DNA of 63,639 nt, filler included, from Chrysochromulina tobinii (GCA_001275005.1; 8 parts of 8 records of this genome joined end to end with filler, not necessarily neighbours in it), one strand, 5' to 3'; positions 44,427 through 57,245 are shown, counted from the first letter of the whole stretch. The notes: generated by a model not told the origin, from the letters alone. Translations and numbers: made by a program.

Positions 44427-47400
44427 GAACTGCTGAGCCCAAGAGGCGATGGCTGCGGAGCCCGAAAAGCGAAGGCTGCTGAGCCCGAGAGGCCATAGCT
44501 GCTGAGCCCGAGACGCCGAGAGGCGATAGCTGCTGAGCCCGAGAGGCGATAGCTGCTGAGCTCGAGGGGCGAGAGCTGCTGAGCCCGAGAGGCGATGGCT
44601 GCGGAGCCCGAGGGGCGAAGGCTGCTGAGCCCGAGAGGCGATGGCTGCGGAGCCCGAGGGGCGAAGGCTGCTGAGCCCGAGAGGCGATAGCTGAGCCCGA
44701 GACGCCGAGAGGCGATAGCTGCTGAGCCCGAGAGGAGATAGCTGCTGAGCCTGAGAGGCGATAGCTGCTGAGCCCGAGAGGCGATGGCTGTGGAGCCCGA
44801 GGGGTGATGGCTGCGGGGCCCGAGTGGCGATAGCTGCGGAGCCCGAGAGGCGATAGCTGCTGAGCCCGAGAGGCGATAGCTGCGGAGCCCGAGAGGCGAT
44901 AGCTGCAACGCCCGTGCTAGCTGCTGAGCCCGAGGGGCGATAGCACCTGCTGAGCCTATGCTGAGCCCGAGATGCAATAGCTGCTGAGCCCGAAAGGCGA
45001 CAGCTGTGCTGAGTCCAAGAGGCGATAGCTGTTTAGCCCGAGAGGCGATAGTTGCTGAGCCCGAGAGGCGATAGCTGCTGAGCTCAAGGGGCGAGAGCTG
45101 CTGAGCCCGAGAGGCGATGGCTGCGGAGCCCGAAAGGCGAAGCTGCAGAGCCCGAGAGGCGATAGCTGTAGAGCGTGAGTGGCGACAGCTGCGGAGCCCG
45201 AGAGGCGATAGATGCTGGGCCTGCGAGGCGCTAGCTGCGGAACCCGAGAGGCGACAGCCGCGGAGCCCGGAGGCGATAGCTGTTTAGCCCGAGAGGCGAT
45301 AGCTGCTGTGCTCGAAAAGCGATAGCTGCTGAGCCTGAGAGGCGATAGCTGCTGAGCCTGAGAGGCGATAGCTGCTGAGCCTGAGAGGCGATAGCTGCTG
45401 AGCCCGAGAGGCGATAGCTGCTGAGCCCGAGAGGCGATAGCTGCTGAGCCCGAGAGGCAATAGTTGCTGAGCCCAAGAGGCGCTAGCTGCTGGGTCTGAG
45501 AGGCGCTAGCTGCGGCGCCCGAGAGGTAACAGCTGATGAGCCCGGGAGGTGATAGCTGCTGAGCCCGAGTGGCGATAGCTGATGAGCTCGAGAGGCGATA
45601 GCTGCGGAGCCCGAGAGGCGATAGCTGAGCCCGAGAGGCGACAGCCGCTGAGCCCGAGAGGCGATAGCTGCGGGGCCCGAGAGGCGATAGCTGCTGAGCC
45701 CAGAGGCGTGAGCTGATGAGCCCGCGAGAGGCGTGAGCTGATGAGCCCGAGAGGCAATGAGCTGATGAGCCCGAGGGGCAATGAGCTGATGAGCCTGAGA
45801 GGCAATGAGCTGATGAGCCCGAGAGGCACTGAGCCTGAGAGGCAATGGCTGAGCCAGCAGAAGATAAGAGGTGAGAGCTGAGCCAGCAGAAGATAAAGTC
45901 CCGCTGAGCCGGCCGAAGATAATGTCCCAACCGAGGGGCAATGAGCTGATGAGCCCGAGAGGGCCCGAGAGGCAATGAGCTGATGAGCCCGAGAGGCAAT
46001 GAGCCTGAGAGGAAATAGCTGAGCCAGCAGAAGGTAAGAGGTGAGAGCTGAGCCAGCAGAAGATAAAGTCCCGCTGAGCCGGAAGAAGATAATGTCCCAA
46101 ATCCCTGTTTTGGGTAGGGTGGGTGGGTAATCAGTCAACTGCCGAACCCTGATGCGCTATGCGAGGCTGCTGGGTAGTCAAGGCTGTCGTCCCATTGGCC
46201 GTCAACGAAGAGGAGCCTAGACAGGCTCGGTCAAGGGCGGGCGGCATGGCTGAGCCCGAGAGGCAACAGCTATTGCTGAGCCCAAGAGGCTTAGCTGCGG
46301 AGCCCCGAGGAGCGCTAGCTGCGCAGCCCAAAAGGTACTAGTTGCAGAGGCTGAGAGGCAATAGCTGCGGAGCCCGAGGGGGCGATAGCTGCGGAGCCCG
46401 AGATGCGGTAGCTGCGGAGCCCAAGAGGCGGTAGCTGCGGAGCCCGAGAGGCGGTAGCTGCGGGGCCCAAGTGGTGCTAGCTGCGGAGCCCGAGAGACGC
46501 TAGCTGCGGAGCCCGAGAGGCCCGGTAACTGCGGTGCCCGAGAGGCGGTAGCCCGAGAGGCGCTAGCTGCGGAGCCCAAAAGGCCCGGTAACTGCGGAGC
46601 CCGAGAGGCGGTAGCTGCGGAGCCCGAGAGGCGATAGCTGCGGAGCCCGAGAGGCGATAGCTGCTGAGCCCGAGGGGTGGTTGCTGCTGAGCCCGAGGGC
46701 GGTAGCTGCGGAGCCTGAGGGGCGGTAGCTGCGGAGCCCGAGAAGCGATAGCTGCGGAGCCCGATTGCAAAGCCCGAGAGGTGAAGCTGCAGAGCCCGAG
46801 AGGCGACCGAGAGGCGATAGATGCCGGGTCTGCGAGGCGCTAGCTGCGGAACCCGAGAGGCGATAGCTGCGGAGCCCGGAGGCGATAGCTGTTCAGCCCG
46901 AGAGGTGATAGCTGCTGTGCTCGAAAAGCGATAGCTGCTGAGCCTGAGAGGCGATAGCTGCTGAGCCTGAGAGGCGATAGCTGCTGAGCCTGAGAGGCGA
47001 TAGCTGCTGAGCCCGAGAGGCAATAGTTGCTGAGCCCAAGAGGCGTTAGCTGCTGGGTCTGAGAGGCGCTAGCTGCGGCGCCCGAGAGGTAACAGCTGAT
47101 GAGCCCGAGAGGCGATAGCTGCTGAGCCTGAGTGGCGATAGCTGATGAGCTCGAGAGGCGATAGCTGTGGAGCCCGAGAGGCGATAGCTGAGCCCGAGAG
47201 GCGACAGCTGCTGAGCTCGAGAGGCGGTAGCTGTGGGGCTTGAGAGGCAGTAGCTGCGGAGCTCGAGAGGTGATAGATGCGGAGCCCGAGAGGCGGTCGC
47301 GAGTGGCGATAGCTGCGGAGCCCGAGAGGCAATAGATGCTGAGCCCGAGAGGCGGGGAGCCACAGAGGCGATAGCTGCGGAGCGCGAGGGGCGATAGCCG

Positions 47401-50400
47401 CGCCTTGTAGCCGCGGAGCGCTAGGGGCGATAGCTGCAGAGCGCGAGGGGCGTAGCTGAGCCCGAGAGGCGCTACCCGAGAGGCGATAGATGCCGAGCCC
47501 GAGAGGCGATAGCTGCGGAGCCCGAGAGGCGATAGCTGCGGAGCCGGAGAGGCGATAGCTGCGGAGCCCGAGAGGCGATAGCTGCGGAGCCGCGAGAGCT
47601 GATATAGGCTACGGAGCCGCGATAGCTGAGCCTGAGAGGCAATAGCTGCCAAGCCTGAGAGGAGGTAGCTGATAAGCCCAAGGGCCATAGTTGATAGCTT
47701 AACCGGAGAGGTGATTGATGCTCAGGCGCACTCAGGCTCACTCGGGCGCACTCATGAGGCAAGCTGCCAAGCCTGAGAGCCCGAGGGCAAAAGTTGATAG
47801 CTGACTCGGGCGCACTCATGAGGCAAGCTGCCAAGCCTGAGAGCCCGAGGGCAAAAGTTGATAGCTGAACCTGGGCGCACTCAGGCGCAATCGGGCGCCT
47901 TAAGGCGTCACTCAGGCATCACTCGGGCGCACTCAGGCGCACTCGGGCGCACTTAGGCGTCGCTCGGAAAAGCCTAACGCGGTCAGCGAAGGCAGCCTTA
48001 AGGCGTCACTCAGGCATCACTCGGGCGCACTCAGGCGCACTCGGGCGCACTTAGGCGTCGCTCGGAAAAGCCTAACGCGGTCAGCGAAGGCAGAAGCCAA
48101 TCGCTGTCGACCTTTGGGCGACACAGCATGGGTCCGTACGGACGCTGTGCGCTTGGTACGTGGGCTGCGAGGCAGCTCTGTCCTTTTCACGGAAAGGACG
48201 CATCAGCCGCGGGTTCTCAGGTTGGCTATGCTGGGCATCAGCTGCGGGTTCTCGGGTTGGCTGCTGGGCAGCGTGCGTGCTCAGCGCAGTGGGGCGACTC
48301 TGGTCCTTTTCAGGTTCGAGTGCTTCCGCCTTGGGCGGTGGCTCGGGCGTCGCAGCTAAGCTGCGCGCGGGCCGGAGGCTGCATAAGCTGCTAGCCAAGT
48401 GCGCATAAGCTGCGAATGGGCTGGCTCGAATTCCGATTTTTCAGGTATTCGAGTGCTGCCGTCACGTAGGGATGGCGCAGTATATCGCATGCAGCTTGGG
48501 TCAGCCAGGGACGCTGCATGCTAACCGGAGTTTGGCGGGCCTGTGAGATGCAGGCGGTGCCACAGAGTGATGCCAGGCATGGTACTCGATCGCTGTCGGG
48601 GCGCAGGGGTGAAGGCGCTTGAGGCGATCGTGTCCGTATTGACCGGCACTGTCGTATCCTCCACAGTCACCGTAGGGGGCTTGGAGAGGCTCTGTTAGAG
48701 GTGGGCGGCGGCCATCGCCTGAGCTTGGGTCAGCCAGGGACGCTGCACGCTAACCGAAGTTTTGGCGGGCCTGTGGGGCAGGCGGTGCCATGTACCAGCA
48801 CCGATAGATTGTGCGGCCGTGGTGCTCGATTGCCGTCGGGGTACGATATTGTGCAGCCGTGGTGCTCGATTGCTGTATGTGCCAAAGGCCTGAGATGCAA
48901 ATCGGGACACTGGGAGATGTGCGGGCAGCTAGCTGCGCCTCCGAGGCGATAGCTGATCCCAAGGGGCGATAGCTGCAGCTGAGCCCAAGAGGCGAAAGCT
49001 GCTGAGCCCAAGAGGCAATAGCTACTAAGCCCTATCAGCGATAGCTGCCGAACCCGAGAGGCAATAGCTGGAGGCGATAGCTGTAGCTGAGCCCCAGAGG
49101 CGTTAGCTGCTGAGCCCAAGAGGCGATAGCTGCTGAGCGTAAAGGAAATGCTGCTGAGCCTATTGAGGCAACAGCTGCTGAGCCCGTCAAGGTGATAGCT
49201 GCTGAGCCCATCAAGGAGATAGCTGCTGAGCCCATCAGGGCCATAGCTGCTGAGCCCATCAAGGCGATAGCGGCTGAACCCACCGAGGCAATAGCTGATG
49301 GACCCGTCGAGGCTATAGCTGCGGAGCCTGTCAAGGCAATAGCTGCTGAGCCCGTCGAGGGCTTTGATGAGACGTCGAGGCGAGAGCTGGCAATAGCTGT
49401 TGAGCTGCTGAGCCCGTCGAGGCGATAGCTGCCCGTCGAGGCGATAGCTGCTGAGCCCGTCGAGGCGATAGCTGCTGAGCCCGTCGAGGCGATAGCTGCT
49501 GAGCCCGTCGAGGCGACAGCTGCTGAACTGCTGAGCCCGTCGAAAGGCGATAGCTGCCGAGCGGCTGAGCTCGTTGAGGCGACAGCTGCCGAGCTGCTGA
49601 GCTCGTCAAGGTGACAGCTGCTGAGCTCGTCGAGGCGACAGCTGCTGAGCTGCTGAGCTTGTCGAGGCGACAGCTGCTGAGCAGCTGAGCCCGTCGAGGC
49701 GATAGCTGCTGAGCTGTTAAGCTCGTCGAGGCGATAGCTGTTGAGCTGCTGAGCTCGTCGAGACGATAGCTGCTGAACTGCTGAGCTCGTCGAGGAGATA
49801 GCTGCTGAGCTGCTGAGCTCGTCAAGGCGACAGCTGCTGAGCTGCTGACCCCGTCGAGGCGATGGCTGCTGAGCTGCTGACCCCGTCGAGGCGATAGCTG
49901 CTGAGCTGCGGAGCTCGTCGAGGCGATAGCTGCTGAGCTGCCGAGCTCGTCGAGGCGATAGCTGCTGAGCTGCTGACCCCGTCGAGGCGATAGCTGCTGA
50001 GCTGCTGACCCCGTCGAGGCGATAGCTGCTGAGCTGCTGAGCCCGTCGAGGCGATAGCTGCCGAGCTGCTGACCCCGTCGAGGTGATAGCTGCTGAGCTG
50101 CTGAGCTCGTCGAGGCGATAGCTGCTGAGCTGCTGAGCTCGTCGAGGCGATAGATGCTGAGATGTCGAGGCGACAGCTGGCGATAGCTGCCGAGACCGTC
50201 GAGGTGATGGCCGCTGAGCCGCTGAACCATCAAAGCGGCTGAGCTGCCGAGCCTATCGAAGCGACAGCTGCCGAGCCTATCGAAGCGACAGCTGCTGAGC
50301 CCATCGAGGCGACAGCTGCTGAGCTGCTGAGCCCGTTGAGGCGATAGCCGCTGAGCTGCTGAGCTCGTCGAGGCGATAGCTGCTGAGCTGCTGACCCCGT

Positions 50401-53400
50401 CGAGGCGATAGCTGCTGAACTGCTGAGCTCGTCGAGGCAATAGCTGCTGAGCTGCCGTGCCCGTCGAGGCGATAGCTGCCGAGCTGCTGACCCCGTCGAG
50501 GTGATAGCTGCTGAGCTGCTGAGCTCGTCGAGGCGATAGCTGCTGAGCTGCTGAGCTCGTCGAGGCGATAGCTGCTGAGCTGCTGAGCTCGTCGAGGCGA
50601 TAGATGCTGAGATGTCGAGGCGACAGCTGGCGATAGCTGCCGAGACCGTCGAGGTGATGGCCGCTGAGCCGCTGAACCATCAAAGCGGCTGAGCTGCCGA
50701 GCCTATCGAAGCGACAGCTGCCGAGCCTATCGAAGCGACAGCTGCTGAGCCCATCGAGGCGACAGCTGCTGAGCTGCTGAGCCCGTTGAGGCGATAGCCG
50801 CTGAGCTGCTGAGTCATGGAGGTGATAGCTTTGCCCGTCGAGGCGAGAGCTGGCGAAAGCTGCTGAGCCTGTCGAGGCGGTAGCTGCTGAGCCCGTCGAG
50901 GCGAGAGCTGCCAAGCTTCTGAGCCCGCCGGGGCGATAGCTGCCAATCTGCTGAGCCCGTCGGGGTGATAGCTGCTGAGCTGCTGAGCCTGTCGAGGCGA
51001 TAGCTGCTGAGCTGCTGAGCTCGTCGAGGCGATAGCTGCCAAGCTTCTGAGCCCGTCGGGGTGATAGCTGCCAAGCTGCTGAGCCTGTCGGGGTGATAGC
51101 TGCTGAGCTGTTGAGCCCGTCGAGGCGACAGCTGCTGAGCTGCTGGGCCCGTCGAGGCGATAGCTGCTGAGGCGGTACCCAGGCGAAGGCTGTGGCGATC
51201 CCTGAGACGACGCCCGAGACGATGCCCGGGGTAACGGCCGCAACGGTGTCCAAGGAAAGGTCGCGGCGATGGGGGCGACAGCTGAGGATAGCTGGGATGA
51301 TGCCCGAGGCAACGGCCAGAGGGATGAGGCGAGAGCTATGGCGAGGCGCCGGCTGTGGCAATAGCTGCGGCGATGGCTGCGGCGAGGGCCAGGGCAGTGG
51401 CCAAGGTGACACGAGGTTAGGCTCAAGGCGACGCTCGAGGACGACGATAGGATGACGAGGCGATGCCCGAGGCAATGATTGGGGTGGTGGCCGAGGCAAT
51501 GGCTGTAGCGAGGCACAAAGTGGTGCCCAATGCGCTGGCTGTATGCCTAAGGCGGCGACCGAGGCGACTGGCGAGGCGAGTTCCGAGGTGATACCCGAGG
51601 CGACCCGAAGCCATGCCCGAGGAACTGGCCAGAGTGATGGCCGGGCTAGACCGGTCCTCAAAGACGCCGTGGAGATCCGCAACAGAGGCCACCGCTGTGG
51701 TCTCCAACGACAAATGGAGTTCCAAACGTGCAAAGACGGGACCAAGTCCCCAGCGGGTAAGATGTGCTCAACGAAGAAGGATAAAGAGCCTCCCAATTGC
51801 GGCGATGGACCCGAATGAAGAACCGATCATCGAGAGCGGAGTCATTCTCATGAAGGTGGCCGCCGCAAAGGCGCAAGAATACTCGATGGGCAGAAAAGAG
51901 CAAGCTGCCCAACGGAAGATGCAGTCGACAGAGCCCACAAAACCGGCGTCGGAGCAGCAGCCCTCTGGAGGGTATGAGTGGCGACGATGCGGCGCGATGG
52001 TATAGAGATAATGTCCCTGTTTCGCTGAAAAGTCGCCGAACACGCGAACGTGTGTTGGCCCTGACTGCTGCGCTGAGAGCTTCGTGGGGTTGCTCTTGGG
52101 AGCGCCGCCATTTCGTTTTGGCAAGACAGAGATGCCTGGGCGGGACGAAACGTCTGCCGGCGAAACGTTTCACCGGGGCGCCCAGCAGGGCCCTGCCCCC
52201 CCCGTTGGATGACGTTTGGTATGGTCTCACACCGTTGGTGTATGTGTGCCCATGCGATAGAGACCGATAGTCTCGGTTGGTTCTTGTAGGCACACACCAC
52301 TGATCGGATATCAACCCTGCCCAGCGGGTGCTCAGCCAACGGGTGGAGCGCTCTCCCACCGTACCCTTCGGCTGGCTGCGGAAGCGAGCCTTGCCCGCTC
52401 TGGTACCTCACTCGCCGGGGTTACCTTCACCCCAGCCCAACCGCCCTTCACTGTTAACTCGCTCCTCGGCGAGAAGACAAATCTGACGCAGAAGAAACCT
52501 TCTCGTACGTGAGCTCGTTAAGGGATTGAATGTTTAGAAAGCCGCGGGTGCTCGCCATGGCGCGAGCCCCCCTATGGTCCCTGTTGGTCGAGCGCGTCGA
52601 GCGGCTTGATAAGCAAAAGAGAGCTCGTTTGGAGTGACTTGGCCAGTGGGAGGGCAGAACCCGAGAGGATAGGGCCTAAAGGGTAGTGGCAGAGCCCGAG
52701 AGGCAGCAGAGCCTGAGAAGCGATAGCCGAGCCTGAGAGGCGATAGAGACCGAGAGGCAATAGCTGAGCCCGAGAGGTGATAGAGCCCCAGAGGCGATAG
52801 AGCCCGAGAGGCAATAGCTGAGCCCGAGAGGTGATAGAGCCCCAGAGGCGAAAGCATCGCTTGATAGCAGAGCCCGAGAGGCGATGGAGCCTGAGAGGTG
52901 ATAGCAGAGTCCAAGGGGTGACAGAGCCTGGTAGGCGATAGCAGAGCCGGCGAGGCGATAGAGCCCAAGAGGCAATAGCAACGCCCGAGCGCTATATAGA
53001 GCCCGACAGGCGATGTGGCGGAGCCTGAGAGGCGACGGAGCCCAAGAGGCCTTTGAGCCCAAGGCGCCAAGGGGCGGTAGCGAAGTCCAAGAGGCTATAG
53101 AGCCCGAGAGGAGACAGCAGAATCCGAGAGGCCATAGAGCCCAGAGGGGCGACAGGAGAGCTCGAGGAGACGGAGCCTGGAGAGAAGTTCGCAGAGCCAG
53201 ATAGGTAGAGAGCTCGAGAGGCAATAGAGCCCGCGGGCCAATAGCTGAGCCCGAAAGGTGAAAGCTGCTGAGCCCAAGAGGCGGTAGCTGCTGAGTCCCA
53301 CAGGGGATAGCTGCGGAGCCCAAGAGGTGATAGCTGATAGCTGCTGAGCCCAAGAGGTGATAGCTGATAGCTGCTGAGCCCGAGGGGCAATAGCTGCTGA

Positions 53401-53934
53401 GCCCGAGAGGCGATAGCTGCAGAGCGCGAGTGGCGATAGCTGAGCCCGAGAGGCGATAGCAGCTGAGCCCGAGAGGCGATGGCTGCTGAGTCCGAGAGGC
53501 GACAGCTGCTGAGCCCGAAGGGTGATAGCTGCTGAGCCCGAGAGGCGATGGCTGCGGAGCCCGAGAGGCGATAGCTGCTGAGCCCGAGAGGCGATAGCTG
53601 TAGAGCGCGAGTGGCGACAGCTGCGGAGCCCGAGAGGCGATAGATGCTGGGCCTGCGAGGCGCTAGCTGCGGAACCCGAGAGGCGATAGCCGCGGAGCCC
53701 GGAGGCGATAGCTGTTTAGCCCGAGAGGCGATAGCTGCTGTGCTCAAAAAGCGATAGCTGCTGAGCCTGAGAGGCGATAGCTGCTGAGCCTGAGAGGCGA
53801 TGGCTGCGGAGCCTGAGAGGCGATAGCTGCTGAGCCCGAGAGGCGCTAGCTGCTGAGCCCGAGAGGCGATAGCTGCTGAGCTCGAGAGGCGAGAACTGCT
53901 GAGCCCAAGAGGCGATGGCTGCGGAGCCCGAAAA
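44427..53934. repeat. Complex minisatellite/satellite contig: ~23-nt unit GAGCCCGAGAGGCGATAGCTGCT and a 24/32-nt variant GAGCCCGTCGAGGCGATAGCTGCT(GAGCTGCT), with short unique islands
   Basis: Hundreds of degenerate units. Type A spans ~44427-47650 and ~52650-53934; type B spans ~49180-51170. All long ORFs here are translated repeats (QQLSPLGLSSYRLSGSAAIASR). Confidence 0.93.
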
Positions 53935-54034
53935 NNNNNNNNNNNNNNNNNNNNNNNNNNNNNNNNNNNNNNNNNNNNTTAATTAATTAANNNNNNNNNN
54001 NNNNNNNNNNNNNNNNNNNNNNNNNNNNNNNNNN

Positions 54035-55384
54035 CGAGGGCGGCGGTGGCGAGGGAGGGCGCGAAGGCGGCGGTGGTGAGGGCGAGGGCGGCGGTGGTGA
54101 AGGCGAAGGCGATGGAGGTGGAGGACATGGAGACGGAGGTGCTGCTTCCGCCTCGGGATCAGCTGCCGGTGAGGGCGAGGGCGGCGGTGGTGAGGGCGAG
54201 GGCGGCGGTGGTGAGGGCGAGGGCGGCGGTGGTGAGGGCGAGGGCGGCGGCGGCGAGGGCGAGGGCGGCGAGGGCGGAGGCGGCGACGGTGGAGGGGGTG
54301 CTGGGCAAGTTGTGACTGAGCCACCGACGCCGATGGGGTCGAGGGTCGTTGCCCATGTGCAGAGGGTGCCTGCGCCGCCGACATTGACATCGGCGCCGAC
54401 ATTGGCCCCCTGGGCAGGTTTAGGGATACGTGAGGAGGTGTCACATAGGAGGTGTCACAGAGGAGGTCACATAGGAGGTCGCAATAGGGACCTATGAACA
54501 TGAGCGCGCACTTCGAGAGCTACATTGGAGTAGATTTGGCAGCTGCTGAGTGCAACTGTACCGCCATTGACATCGACACCACCGTTCTGCAAGCACAAGC
54601 GCAAAACATGTGAACACTCCAGCAAGCAGCCAGGGCGACAGGAACTTTGGAATCTGAGCGCGCACATTAAAAAGAGCCGTATTCCCAATGATGCTGCACG
54701 ATTCGAACGTGACTGTTGCGTTACCGATGACAACATCGACATCCAACCTACCGACGGCAACACCGCCGCCCTGCAAACAACGGAACAAACGTAAGTCACT
54801 CATGAGAGGGCGAAGGGAAGTTTCGAAGATGAGCGCGCACATAGTAAGCTGTGTTGTTAAGCACTTGACACCTGTAGAAGGTGACTGTGCCTGACTCGAT
54901 GTAGACACCACCGCCCTGCAAGCACAAGTGCGAAACATGTGATCACCCTAGGAAAAGGGCATTGGGATAGTTATGGGATAGTTGCAGAGGTCTCTGCGGC
55001 ACTCACCTCCTCAGTGTAGCCTCCCGTGATGTTGAGCCTGTTGATTTGCACGACAGCCGACGAGCCTGGGTTTATGTTCAGCACACGGCGCGGACTCGGC
55101 TCATTAGCCTGTGCATCCAGCACGACCGAGCCTGCCACCGCCGCCTCGATGATGACGCTCCTGGTGATGCTGAGCTCGGCGCCGAGGATGTAGGTGCCGG
55201 GGGCAAGGACAATGTGGCCGAAGACTGGGTTGGCAAGTGCACTCGTCAGGCTGTCGACGGTGCTTACCGTAGTGCTATCCGCGGTCTGCAGTTCACGGCG
55301 GTTAGCCCCATAAAAGGGTTGAGTGGTCGCGCTCTCGGCGCGCGTGCCCAGGGCGACGAAGCTAAGCACCAGTAAGCGCACCAT
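54035..55384 (-). CDS. Secreted pectin-lyase-like beta-helix (polymorphic membrane protein-like GGGV…N repeat) protein with Pro-rich stalk, 3'-truncated
   Basis: Signal peptide; HIVLAPGTY…RRVLNI…LNITGG. Exons 54841-54915, 54666-54770 and 54512-54586 each encode one GGGVx…TVTFxxCxIxxNxA repeat, separated by phase-0 introns 54916-55006, 54771-54840, 54587-54665 and 54410-54511. Confidence 0.85.
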
Positions 55385-56004
55385 TGATGCTGGAAAAGGA
55401 GTACGCTCCTTTCCGTTGCGGTGCACCCGTTATAAGAGAAAGCGCCGTTATAAGTCGTTGTTATTAAATGATCTTGAACTGCTTGAGTACATGCATGCAA
55501 ACCTAGGCGTACGTGTACAAAGTGTTTACATATTACAATCCCCCCAGAAGCGGGTCGGAGAAGACCGTCCATCACCACAGGGGGGAATGTTCAGGCAGCC
55601 CCCGTGCAACGCACGCGTAGCGTTCCCACAACGCTCAACGGTCGCGGAATGGCGGACGGAAGAGTTGTGGTTTCCACCGCACGTGAATATCGTGATCGGC
55701 GAGAGTCGGCGTGAGCGGCGGCAGGGCCCCCGACTCGCCGAGCCGTTCCAAACTACCATTGGAAACCACTAAGCACAAAGTGTAACCATATAAACCTTTG
55801 GTGATTGGAAAAATGCCGCTTGCCGGCGGCGCTCACGTTCACACACGTGCCCTCGCGTTCACATTCACACACCCTCGTCTACACCAGGGGCTTTCACCCG
55901 CGCCTTCCCTTCTTGACTCCCGAATGCATGCGCCCTCATGCTACCTGCGCACCCGAATTGAGGGGGTTGGGTCACCTACCCCCTTACCCGAATGCACCCT
56001 TATG

Positions 56005-56256
56005 CTACCTGCGCAGCATCACCCCTCGTGGCTGAACCTCTTCGACACGGTAAACTGCTCCTGCGCCTTCTCCGCCCCCTTGCTCTTCTTCTGCCGTTTC
56101 ATCGGCGGTGGCTGCTACGTCGCCCGCCACCATGTCCATCGCGCCCACAACCGCCATGGCCATGTCCGTGTTGCCCCCGCCAAAGCCGAACATGGTCTGC
56201 GCGATCGACACCGGGATCAAAAGGAGCGCGATGAACATGAGGTAGAGTGTCTCCAA
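56005..56256 (-). CDS. Possible small secreted/membrane peptide (83 aa) or tail of a gene cut by the contig end
   Basis: Hydrophobic N-terminus LMFIALLLIPVSIA followed by an acidic tail; lies next to the contig end. Confidence 0.3.
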   Translation of the reverse strand: METLYLMFIALLLIPVSIAQTMFGFGGGNTDMAMAVVGAMDMVAGDVAATADETAEEEQGGGEGAGAVYRVEEVQPRGVMLRR

Positions 56257-56531
56257 CGTTCCCCCTTTNNNNNNNNNNNNNNNNNNNNNNNNNNNNNNNN
56301 NNNNNNNNNNNNTTAATTAATTAANNNNNNNNNNNNNNNNNNNNNNNNNNNNNNNNNNNNNNNNNNNNTGTGTAGTCCTGTTACGATGTGTTGTCGTAGA
56401 CGGGGCCCGTCGGTCACACCTCCGTCCATAGCGATAGAGGCCCTCGTGCTTGGGGGCCCGGAGCGTGTGCGCGTTTGTGTTTCACAGCAGCAGCAGCGAC
56501 CGACGCGCTCTCCAACATCCCTGCCGCCGCA

Positions 56532-57245
56532 ATGTCCTCTGATGATGTTTACATGGCTAAGCTTGCCGAGCAGGCGGAGCGTTACGACGAGATGGTCGAG
56601 TACATGAAGAAGGTTGCCCAGGCGGCATCCGCCGACCTCTCGCTCGAGGAGCGCAACCTGCTCTCCGTCGCGTACAAGAACGTTGTCGGCGCCCGCCGTG
56701 CCTCGCTCCGCATTATTGGCTCCATCAAGAGCAAGGAGGTCGAGAAGGGCGGCGGCAAGACGGGGCTCGTGTCTTCGTACGAGGCCAAGGTGCTCGACGA
56801 GCTCAACAAGATCTGCAACGACATCCTCGAGCTGCTCAGCTCAACCCTCATCGAGAAGGCGGGCGGCAGTGCCGAGGCCTCGGTCTTCTACCTGAAGATG
56901 AAGGCCGACTACTACCGCTACCTTGCCGAATTCGCGCAGGGCGGGACGAGGTTGGAGCACGCTACCAACGCGGAGGAGGCATACAAGTCGGCCACCGACA
57001 AGGCCTCCGGCCTCGCTCCCACGCACCCGATCCGCCTCGGTCTCGCGCTCAACTTCTCCGTCTTCCTGTACGAGGTGCAGGGCAAGTCGCAGGAGGCGTG
57101 CGACCTCGCGAAGCAGGCTTTCGACGACGCGATCGCCGAGCTCGACACGCTCGACGAGGAGAGCTACAAGGACTCGACCCTCATCATGCAGCTCCTCCGC
57201 GACAACCTCACCCTCTGGACGTCGGACGAGCAGGATGGGCAGTAA
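56532..57245 (+). CDS. 14-3-3 protein
   Basis: [16 protein letters not shown]…[18 protein letters not shown]…[13 protein letters not shown]…[16 protein letters not shown]…[24 protein letters not shown] intronless. Confidence 0.98.
   Translation: MSSDDVYMAKLAEQAERYDEMVEYMKKVAQAASADLSLEERNLLSVAYKNVVGARRASLRIIGSIKSKEVEKGGGKTGLVSSYEAKVLDELNKICNDILELLSSTLIEKAGGSAEASVFYLKMKADYYRYLAEFAQGGTRLEHATNAEEAYKSATDKASGLAPTHPIRLGLALNFSVFLYEVQGKSQEACDLAKQAFDDAIAELDTLDEESYKDSTLIMQLLRDNLTLWTSDEQDGQ

Noticed and set aside
51804..52005. Small gene or gag-like ORF (MDPNEEPIIESG…) in the satellite's unique island
   Set aside because: It is short, has no recognisable motif and no supportable downstream exon.
44427..53934. 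CRISPR array, or long repeat-protein genes (e.g. 821-aa ORF 49331-51796)
   Set aside because: The units are contiguous and degenerate with no unique spacers or cas genes. The ORFs are translations of the satellite in several overlapping frames.
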